Shown one piece after another: positions 53,890-64,000 of a stretch of DNA of 64,000 bases; positions within the stretch are counted from its first letter, which is position 1, and each line of letters begins with the position of its first letter. The position numbers and the translations under genes were made by a program. The DNA is taken from assembly GCA_028534125.1 (NCBI GenBank), contig CM052818.1, forward strand, positions 4,962,001 to 5,026,000, read 5' to 3'. The notes beneath the pieces are model-generated. The model was not told the origin of the DNA. It made no database searches and saw nothing but the letters and a program-made list of their open reading frames with translations. Origin of the DNA: Lama glama (lineage: Eukaryota).

Positions 53890-56810
53890 GGGTTTGGTGT
53901 TTTCAAGAAGAGGTAATAAAAGGTATAGATTAGGAAGGAAGACAAAACTTCTCTCATAGGAGATATGCTCATAGAAAAAGTTTAAAAAGTGTAGGAGGAG
54001 TTAATTCATAAATTAGCAGTTGCTGGTACAGAGTCAATATTCGAAGACCAATCGTGTTTCAGTAGGTAACAAACAACATTGACGTTTTAAAGAAATACGA
54101 TTCGTGATAGCATACAAGATACCAGTTGAGTAAGAATAAATTGATTGCAACTCCTCTACAGAGGGAATTGCGAAATTTTTTTTAAAGAAATTGAAGACCT
54201 AAATAAATGGAGGATTATACTATGTTCATAGGTTGCACGATTCAAGATTGTTACCATGTCTGTTCTTCCCAAATTGATCTATAGATTCAATGCGAATCCA
54301 TTCACAATCGCAGTAGGGGGGTGTGTATGTGTGTGTGTGTGTGTGTGTGTAAAATATGACAAGTTTATTTAAAAATTAACATGAAATGCAAAGGGCTAAA
54401 TATATCCAAAAAACTCTTGAAGATCTAGTGAAGAATAATGAAGTTGGTTATCTACCGAGTAGTAAAGAGAGTGTGGCAATAGTGAAAAGATAAACAGATG
54501 AAAGAAGCAGAATAAATAGCTCAGAAACGGACATCTACATAAATGTACCATTGATTTAAGACAAAGATGACCCTCTTGAGCAGTGGGAAAATGACTGGTA
54601 ATAAATAGTGCTTAGTCAATTTGATATACACGTGGTTAAAGAAACTATCTCTACCTCAAATTGTACCCTGAAATCAAGTACAAATGGACTGTATACTGAA
54701 TTGTGAAAGATAAAATGCATTCTATGAGATAATATAAATTGTCTTCATTACAGCGAATGAAAAGTAAGTTGAACAGAAAGGTCAGTAACTATAAAGAAAA
54801 TAATTACAAATTTGACTATATTAAATTGATAACTTGAGAACTTCTGTCTAAGGACAACATTAAAGAAAATGAAAGTCAAGGCACAGATTGGGGGAAGATT
54901 TTTACAATACGCAAAATTAAGGGCCCCATATATAAAATGTATGAAGAATGGATATAAATCACTAAGGAAATGACCACCATTAAGAAAAACAGGTCAGATG
55001 CTTTAGCAGGCTCTCCAAAAGAAAATCAAAAGGATCAATGAATTTGCATAAAGGTGCTCAACTTCATTTGTAATGAGGAAAATGAAAATTAAAATCACAA
55101 TATCACACTCCTCTTACACCCATCAGAACGGCTAAAATTAAAAAGATTGGCAATAGGGGTATCAAGGAAGTAAAAGAGAATTGAGACCACAGCCACAGCC
55201 AACACCTGGGTTGCAGCCTGTGAGAGACCCAGAGCCAGAGGCCCCAGCGGTGGGAACGCTGACATTCGGCTGGTGAGGGTATAACTTGGTACAATTGTTA
55301 GCCGATGGAGAGACCCCTAAGTTAGGAAGCCAGCCAAAGTGTGGGTCCTTGCTGCTGGCTGTGAAAGAATTCGCACAGAGGCAGAGGGACAAAGTGAACA
55401 GCCCTTTTATTGCTGAGAAGGGGAATTGGAAGAAAGGGCTTGAGCAGGGAGAAGGGAAGAGAAGCATTTGAGGGAGGAAGAGGTACTTGAATGGGTTGCT
55501 GTCAGCCAAGAGGCCTGGGAGAGACACCTGGGGAAGCTTTTGTCATCATGTCCTCCTTCCAGGTATGATGGAGCCAGTCAGTCCTTGTTCGAGCTTTTCA
55601 GTCCTTATATGGCCTTTTCTGGTTGTTGTCATGGCAATTGTGAACTGTCCTGGCACTGGTGGATGTGTCACTTAACATGCTAATGTTTTATAATGAGCAT
55701 ATAGTGAGGCTCAAGGTCCACTGGAAGTCAAATCCTCCATCATCTTGGCCCCTGGGGGTTCTAACCAGTTTTTGTTTCTTCTCTGCAGCTGCCTCCTGAG
55801 ACTTACATAAAAGTAATTGGTTTCTAGCCGAGGGAAGGGCAGAGGTGTGATCCTGGCGGCAACAGGCTTGGTAACGAAAAGAAAGTTACTTTTAACCAAA
55901 ATACCTACAATCCAGTGGACCTAGCATCCCACCCAAAAAACTATCTCCAAAGATTCTGTTCAGCCATGAACATTTTATAGGAAAATGAAGGAATAATCTT
56001 GGTTAATCATTGAGATAGGTGGTCAGAGTCCTTGCCATCCCCCCATGCCTGCAGGCTGGTCCTAATCACCTGCTTGAGCCTGCTCTTCTCTGACTCAGGG
56101 AGGCCTGGAGACTTCAGCTTATCTATAAACAAGAGGCTTGGGGTGAGGGAGGCCCACAGGGGTCCTGCTCCCTTTCATAACAATTTGGAAAACGGATTTT
56201 GATCTAGCTATCCACCTATGACTATAACCAATGGAAATGCATGGACTTGTGCATCAAGATACATTTTATAAAAATACATTTAGCAGTTAAATTCAAAATT
56301 ACTCCAAACTGGAAACAGACCAGATATCCTTCAACAGTAGAGTGGGTAAATATATCGAGCTATATTTGGTCAACAAAATGCTACGTAGTAATGAAAATGA
56401 AAAACCGCAGCTCCTTGCAACAACTAGGAAAAAATCTTGTAAATGTAAACTTGAGTAAAAGAAGCCAGGTTCCCCACCCCTCCCTCCCTAAGAACACGAT
56501 ATAATTCCATTTACATAAACTCCAAGAGGCAAAATTAAACTACATTGTATAGCGATGTAAGCTTAAGTGATAAAAGTTACAGAGGACAATCAAGGAAGCG
56601 ATTATCGGAAAAGTCAGGATAATGGTTACTTTTGGGGAGGAGAGAAGGGGCAGTGATTAGAAGCTAAGAGAGGGGAAGTATCTGATGTGTTGGCTTTGTT
56701 CATTGTCTTGTTCAAGTTGTTGATTGTGTGACAAGTCATTGAGCTGAACATGTTGTTTTGTATACTTTTCTGTATACATGTTCTATTTACCAATAAAAAC
56801 ATTGAAAAAT
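53890..56810 (+). mobile_element. Old L1 ORF2/3'UTR fragment immediately upstream of the ETAA1 promoter, interrupted by an LTR
   Basis: About 54185-54300 translates KEIEDLNKWR...MSVLPKLIYRFNANP; ORF 56241-56504 has NWKQTRYPSTVEWVN; ends caataaaaacattgaaaaa. Confidence 0.8.
55296..56177 (-). mobile_element. Solo ERV1-type LTR nested in the L1
   Basis: TGTTA...TTTCA termini split the L1 motif ggtacaa|tttggaaaac; terminal aaacaagagg...ggtcctgctc resembles the 21410-21874 LTR. Confidence 0.7.
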
Positions 56811-57077
56811 GTTAATGTCAGGCAAAAATCTTTATTTCCATGGAAAACCTGATTTATATTCCTTCTTTGTAATTTACTTTGTTTTTATTCTTCAGTTTGG
56901 CTGAAAGGAATCCTGGAACTAAATTTGAGGTTCTAGTAGTTTTGTAAAACATTGTGATCAAATAACTCTTTTCTTCTTCCTCAGCACTTGACTTGCTAGT
57001 AATATTTCTCTTACCCTTGTTTCTTTTAATCTACATATTTTACCATTGTTTAGCTTTATATATTTATAACTGGGTAT

Positions 57078-57630
57078 TGTTGCCAAAAGATCCGCCCCCA
57101 TCCCTGAGGAGACAGACAACTCAGAGACAAGGTCTTGGAGCTTAGAAGAAAAGAGGCAATCTTATTGCTTTGCCACAGGCTACTGCCTTCAGAACTGTGA
57201 ACCCACCTTGGGGATGGGGAAGGGTGGTTATATAGCCGTAGCTCAAACAATAAAGCATCGATAACAATCAACAGAATCATTTTCTCCTCAGAAGACAAAA
57301 TGGCATCGTGATGCCTCCAGGCAACCAGTTAGCAGTTAGATCGCTCTATCTCAGAAGCACTCAAGGTGTGGTCTTCTTGGTAATTCAGGCTGTTTTGTGA
57401 AATTACAGTCCTGTGACCATCTCCTTGAAGAAGGACTTGGAGACCAAGCGTGATTATTACTTTCAATGACTGGAAATAAAGTAGAAACACTAAGAGCAAG
57501 AGCTTTAGTTTTAACAATGGGCCTGGAACTGTGAGTAGCAATCAGGCAGGTCAGTTGACTATTTTAAGGGCAAGGATAAGAACGAGCAATCCGTTAACTT
57601 AGGTGTGGCCATTTTATTAATCCTCCTTCA
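57078..57630 (-). mobile_element. Solo ERV1-type LTR (553 bp), same family as 28959-29542
   Basis: Its reverse complement matches 28959 onward at 78 of 90 nt by manual count; flanks gtat/atat. Confidence 0.85.
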
Positions 57631-58729
57631 ATATGTCTGCTTGGGAGGCTATGTCTCTTAAAATCCAAATTAACTTCTTGAACCTCCAATTGTCTAAGTC
57701 AATAGGAATACTGTCATTTTGCTGTGAGATCTCTCCTATCTCTCAACTGACCAAGAATCCCAGAATCAAGGGGGAAAAAAAGTCAAATGTCCACTGCAAT
57801 CCTTTCTTATATAAATGGTATCAGAGCTGTATAAAGGACTGAATTTATTCTAAAAATACCTAACTCACACTCAGAAAATAATTAAAGGTGTTTCATGATT
57901 TTAATAATGCCTATAGGAGTAATGACCATGTGGTAATCCTTTAAAGCATATTAATACCGCAAATAAAATAGCAATGAATAATTTCTCATAACTGTCCAAA
58001 TTCTGTAGTACCCAAGAACCCTTGTAAAAAGGAACAACTCGAGCTCAAAAAACAGACATGTGTTCTTACCTTACTACATCCAGGATGGCTATCATCTGTA
58101 ATCATTATGTGGTAGGAAACTATCGTAAGTTTTAGTTTTAAAGTTACTTAATTCACACAATCTGTTACAGTTCTAAACCGTAGTTCAAATTTAATGTGCT
58201 TCCTGAATATAACTCCTGAAACGAGGACAGTGCAAGTAACTTCTGGATAAAATGTGTTAATCAACAAAAGATAAGTTTTACAGACATTTGAATGTAATAT
58301 GATTCAAAATGCTAAAACAGCGTTTCTAGGCATTTGAATAACATGCACATGTAAGTTTTAGTCCAACTAAAAACTTTTTAATAAAACCAGAGTTAAACGC
58401 TTGCTTGTTTTACCTGCAGAAATTATCCATAACAGTGATTCTTAAGCAAAAAATTGAGACAGGGTCTCTTGCTAAGGAGCTCTTTTGTGGAGTAATTGCC
58501 TTGTCACTTACATTGGTATTACCTATGGGATCAGTGGCCCAGAGGTCTTTGTTTCAAGAAAAAAATAAAAATAAAAATCATTATGTGTTACTGTGTAAAC
58601 TGTAAACATACTTCCTGAAATCTTCACCATAATCAAGACAATGAACATAACCATCACCCCTGGAAAGTTTCTTTTGTCCCTTCATATGACTTTTATTTGT
58701 AATACATACATTTATATCATTTACTTGTG

Positions 58730-58824
58730 ATTAATGGCTGTGTTTAACAATCAGCTCACAAAATTCCTAAAAATTTAACAATCCGCTTTTAATAGTAGTG
58801 GGAGTTGACTATAGCATACCACTG
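58730..58824 (-). mobile_element. MER63-like hAT fragment
   Basis: aaaattcctaaaaatttaacaatccgct...agcataccactg terminus. Confidence 0.55.
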
Positions 58825-60254
58825 ATTTTCTTCTTTCTCCAGTTTAAGGAACCTCAATTCCTTCAGCATTTCCTCTTCTTACCTAGTTTTCAAACCTTCC
58901 ATCAGTTTTAAGCCTCTCAATTCAGTGATTGCCCTCTGAATTGGACTGAGAGAGTCCTACACTGCAAGTTACAGGCTTAGAAATGAAGCCAAGCTGAAAA
59001 TGTTACATGAAGAGAAAGCCTGGCATAACTTCCTGGGGCTGAGAAATTAAAAAGTTACTGGGAGAGGGAGCTCTACCGGAGGGAGGGGTCCTTTCTAAGT
59101 GACAATCGGGAGGTCAGTCTGGAGATGTTGGTAGGAGGAAGGAAAGCAACTTACTCAAATTCTGAAATGGGGCATATATTTTGCACCAGATCCTTTCTGC
59201 AGGCACCAGTTAGCAGGACCACTAACTGAATTCAACCCCACTGATCATTTCAGGCATGAATCCCCATTGGGCTCATATCTACCTGGGAATAATGGCTGTG
59301 GGGGTCATACAGGTAACTTTAAAAGATAATTTTCTCTGCTGCTTTAAGTGAAATCTTGGTGGGAAATGTCTGAATAGCCCCAGAATGTCATATGCAGGGT
59401 TAGCAACTTTCTTTTCCCTGGCTGGAGTGGAACTGAGTTGTCATGTACGTGTTTTTGCTTTAATGAACACCAGGAAGATGAATAAAATTTTAAAGGTTGT
59501 CTTTGTCTCGTCTTCCAGCAGCAGGATCCAGATCACTTGCTCAGCCACTGTAATTTTTAACACACTTTTAAACTGTTTCTGAGACTGTCACAAATGTCTT
59601 TATTTTACAGTAAAAATTAAGTCTTAAACATTTTTAAGACTTTAATAATGTTTTAAGTGAGCCTAGCCCAGTGCATGCTTGAGGATGCTCAAAGTGTCCT
59701 CCGTGCAAATGTTTCTTTGGTGAATGGCTGTTTACACAGAATACGCTGGTCAGAGCTGAAAATGGCTTTGGTTGCTTAGGAATGAAATTACAGCATTTAA
59801 AACGTATTAAAGATTTAAATAACATTGTAGGTCTATTTGAATGTGAAAGGATAGAGAGCCAAGAAGTGAGTTAAATTGCAAAGTCTACATTACAAAACTA
59901 ACTACTCAGGCTGACTCAGTTCCCAGTGTAAAAAAAAGTTCTTTTCAACAGGGCTTTTCCTGTCTTTCAGACTCCTGGAAAAAATGATTGGTGTATTTCA
60001 TCTAAATGTGGCTTTGGTCTAGTATCAATAATCTGGGTCACAGTGCTGAGGAAAAGTGGCCCAGGGGTTGTCATCTCATCGGCGAGAAACACATGGAAAA
60101 TACAAGTGTATTTATTCTGCTGTCGAACTATTTTCCTAAGCCTGTTACCATGGCTTCTGAGCGCATCAACAGGCAGGCCCCTTTACCTTCTCCCCTTTGA
60201 ATGTCCAACACTCCCTGTCCTCTAAGTCCTTGCTATTTAAAATGTCATATGTGG

Positions 60255-60395
60255 AAGGGCAGCCAGGGTATCACTCAGGAGCCTGTTAGAAATGCGGAAC
60301 CTTCAGCCTGTCCCAGACCTGCTGAATCAGAATCTGCAAGATTATAAGATCCCCTGATCATTCACATCCACAGGAAAGTTCAAGAGGTGACTGTC
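60255..60395 (+). mobile_element. MER5-like hAT-Charlie element
   Basis: gttagaaatgc...cccagacctgctgaatcagaatctgca. Confidence 0.7.
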
Positions 60396-60553
60396 CATAG
60401 GGATGTCCCCTAATAATTTTGGTCCACAATGATCAATGTCTCTTCTCTGAACTTCTGCCTTACCTTCAGTCTATTCTCTATAATTTATGTTTCTCATTAA
60501 TTATTGGACACATGCAAGTCTCCTTTCCTTGACAACACTGTGACCTCCTAGAC

Positions 60554-60756
60554 CAGGGGTTGGCAAAATTCTGTAAAAAAAAAAAAAAAAACACAGGGTA
60601 AATATTTTAGGCTTTGCAGGCCACATACTCCCTTAGTTGTGTATTACTGGGGGACTTGTTTATTCTTTGAAAATTTAAAGACCATTTTAGGTAGAGAGCC
60701 ATCCCCAAACAGGTCCCAGGTCTCATTTGGTCCCTGGGCGGTATTTGTTCAACCTT
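60554..60756 (+). mobile_element. MER58-like hAT element
   Basis: caggggttggcaaa...taaatattttaggctttgcaggccaca...tttgttcaaccttg. Confidence 0.7.
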
Positions 60757-61407
60757 GTCCAGGTGGCAGGGCCAGACTTGTATGCTGGGCTCTTGGCACG
60801 GTGCTAAGTCTTACGGAGGTTTGCAATCAGTCTTCATTATTCAGTGATTTGTTAAAGTCATTTCGTATTTCCTTCTGCCTCATGTTCTAAAACATTCTGA
60901 GGTAAGGTTTAGGTAAAGGATGAAAAACGATCCTAGTATGAATTAAACGATATATTTACATATTTTAGAAGGAAGCTATTAATAAGAATAGAAGATTTCC
61001 AATAACCTCATATAGACTTTTTCTTGTTTTGTGGATGCCAAGACATAAAAGTAAACCATGAGGCCCTACTTGGCCAAAGAAGGTAATTATAATCCGTAAT
61101 TTTTCATTAAGACCATCCTGGTAAGGAAACGTTGTTCATTCCTGCCCAATGTGAGTGGCAGTCAATAGCCAAAAAGAATAAAGGTAACATGCCACAGTAG
61201 TTTAAACATTTTTATGGTGATATCTGTTTTGTGACTCGACCATAGTATTATTCTTTAGTCTCTAAGTGTTAGATCGCGGCTCAGCATCCTTATGAGCCAT
61301 CCTGTGTGTTTAAGGTATATATCGATGGGGATCAGTTCCTTGACTGCATTAATATTTAAGAAGTAAAACAGTATTAGCAGGAGAGGAATGAAAAAAATGT
61401 TCCAGGA

Positions 61408-61493
61408 CTGAAAAATTGTGCTGAACACTGGAATTTGACACAACACTGTAAAATGATTATGAATCAATAAAAAAATGTAAAAAAAAAAAAAAA
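61408..61493 (+). mobile_element. 86-bp young L1 tail with 18-bp TSD
   Basis: gaaaaaaatgttccagga at 61390-61407 and 61494-61511; body nearly identical to 51435-51507. Confidence 0.93.
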
Positions 61494-62904
61494 GAAAAAA
61501 ATGTTCCAGGAAAAGCAGAAACATAACACATTTATTAGACCCATGTGTGCGCACACACACACACACACACACACAAGCATGCTCACCTGTGTTACTGCTC
61601 CAGGCAATGTTGGGGAGAGAGGTGGGTTTTCAGTTTAGGCTGATGTTGTGTGGATTTTTTTTTTTTTTTGACGCTTATAAGGAAACAAGTAATACATTTT
61701 TTTAAGACCAGTTATAAGACTACTACCTTTCTGATAGTAAGGGCCAAAAAATATTACTGTCATATAGCCTATCGATTGTTTCTTTCATTTGAATCAAAAG
61801 AACTAGCCTGTGTTTGAAAATCTTAATTTAATTAATGCTATGCAGACTCTATGTAAAGTTGTGACAACACTTGCTATTAATATGATAAATAATTTTTCTT
61901 AAGGCAATGTCCATCTACAGAGAAAGAGATTGTATTATAGTCAAGACTTAAAAGTAGATTATTTGCGTTGACATCTTTTTAAGCTTAGTTTTCACTTGAT
62001 ACAGTCAAAAGAAGAAAGCCTTTAACTTATATATGCTTTAAGAGTAGTTAACAGCTAATCTACAAATAACCCGTTAAAAAAACTTTATTTTTGTTTGGTC
62101 CTCCACAATATTTTTTTTTATGTTTCTACTGAAGGTTTGCCAGATTTTATTGTATTTCCATATTTTTTCTCCTCTTTGGAGTTATTTTTAATAATCTAAG
62201 AACACCGCTGTGCACTGAGCATGGTTGACCTTGCACCCCAGAAGCTTTAGATAATCCTGATGGTTTTGAGAGGGTTGTCAGCTGGGTTTCCTAGGAGTGG
62301 ACACTTGTGCTTTCCCAGTGTGACACCGAGAAGGTTGCTCTGAAATGCATCCAGGACTGTCAGGACTCAGTCTCCACAGGAAGTCAGATCTGGGGGAATC
62401 ATTCAACCGAGATGATGATATGTAGGTGGTGGGATTCAGTGACAGTAATTTCAGGGGTCAAAGGGCAAGACCACACTTTCTAATTGCTGGAATTGTGTTC
62501 GGAAAGTTTTGTTCTTCTCTTTTACACATGCCCATGAGGATGTAGGTGCCCTGGCGGGGTGGCTGTGCAGATTCGATCTGGTAAGGTGGCCAAGAACAGA
62601 GTGGAGACTGGTCCTGTCCTGCTGCCATCTTGGGCCCACTGGAGTCACGGCAGAGACACGGTCTGCCTCTGTTCCTGTCTGCACACAGAGCACGTTCTTC
62701 CACACACAGAGGGACCATGCACTTTAACAGGCAAACTGGGGCACCTCTGATAGAGAAAAGGGATGATGTTAACAAGTGCAGCTGAAGACAGGTGTATACT
62801 AGGGGTATTTGGTTGATGGATTAATGAGGAATGTTGAAGAATGAATGAACACCATCTATGTTTTCGCTAAAGGATTCTCAAGGGCCTGGATCTCCAGACA
62901 GAAG

Positions 62905-63140
62905 GAGGTGGCAGAGCAAAGCATTGGCTTTAGAGGGACACAGCTGGTTCACATCCTAGTTTATCCCTCGCTGTCTGGGTGATGCTGGGGCAATTTCCTG
63001 ATTGCTCTGGTTCTCAGTTTTCGGGCTGGAAGCGGGAATAATAATTTTTACCACTGAAGGTTGTTTTATGGGTGATAACGATGATGTATGTATAGCAGTT
63101 AGCATGGTATTTAGCAGGAAGCGAGTAAGTACTCACTAAA
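62905..63140 (+). mobile_element. MIR SINE
   Basis: ggttcacatcctagtt...ctcagtttt...gggaataataat...agtaagtactcactaaat. Confidence 0.65.
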
Positions 63141-64000
63141 TAATTATTATTCTGTTTATTGTCCCTCCTTGACCAGAATCTAGTCCTGTGTGTAAGAATA
63201 AGGATATAGCCATAGTCAAAGTGGAAAGGAATCTTTCTGGGTTCTTACTCCATGCATCCATTGGGCTTCCAAGACAACCCAGCCTGAAGTTCCATGATCT
63301 TTCAGCCGGCTCCTGCCATGAACTCCTTTCATGAACACTGGCCTCTTGCAAATGTGTAGGCTGAATCCTGAAGGCCAGGGCCCGAGTTTCTCAAAGAAGC
63401 CTACTGCTTGAATAGCTTAGGGTTTATGCAACCAAAGATGATCCAAATTTCCAGGACGACTCCCCGATGCCCTGAATTATTTGCCTTCTACCAGGAAGAA
63501 CACATTAGCAAGATGGAAGCTATTCAGGCTTCTTAACAAATGTATATATTCCACAGTTCTCTTCATGAATATACAAATAATGTTGGAAAGCACTTCTCTG
63601 GGAAAACGCAGGGGAGCTGGGGCCAGCAGTTTGCTCATGAAAACAACATTTCAGGAATTTTGGAAGCCATTATTAAAAATTAAGTTATGTAAACATCTAC
63701 TAAATTATATTAAAAACAAAGTTAATAAGTATTCAGAACTCACACTTGGTAATTATTTAACTGTAATCTATGCTTTTGAGCTTGTTTGTACCTGCTGTGT
63801 TTATATGGTGGACACACAATACCCTGGTCTGCTATGGTCATTACCAGTCTCTTCTCAACTCCACATTCAGGAATGTCACCTCGGCAGCTTGAAGTCAGAC
63901 ACGACGGGAAAACTCACGCCATAGACACTGATGAACACTACGGATCAAGCCTTGATTTACTGTTTGTTGATCACCTAGACTTCAGAGAGTGATGGAGAAA

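Noticed and set aside
1..64000. CRISPR arrays, operons or other prokaryotic/viral systems; intact ERV or full-length L1
   Set aside because: Intron-containing mammalian locus; no repeat-spacer arrays, no gag/pol/env, and all LINE copies are truncated or decayed

Overview
Mammalian genomic DNA, most likely camelid, judged from a Vic-1-like tRNA-derived SINE. It contains one protein-coding gene: a complete 6-exon ETAA1 (RPA-binding ATR activator) on the minus strand, CDS 53491 to 40179, 2736 nt, 911 aa as spliced by hand, with all introns GT-AG. A compact CpG-island promoter lies at about 53050-53830. The rest is gene-poor and rich in transposon relics: young 5'-truncated L1s with target-site duplications (TSDs), four solo ERV1-type LTRs, hAT-Charlie/MER elements, L2, MIR, MLT and a CR1/L3 reverse-transcriptase fossil. 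I found no convincing new biological system. The best leads are a +1 frameshift in the last ETAA1 exon, a GCN-encoded poly-alanine tract in exon 1, upstream ORFs in the putative 5'UTR, an LIR-like motif in exon 5 and a perfect 33-bp-arm hairpin. Repeat family names and human ETAA1 comparisons come from memory, not database searches, and boundaries of old repeats are approximate.
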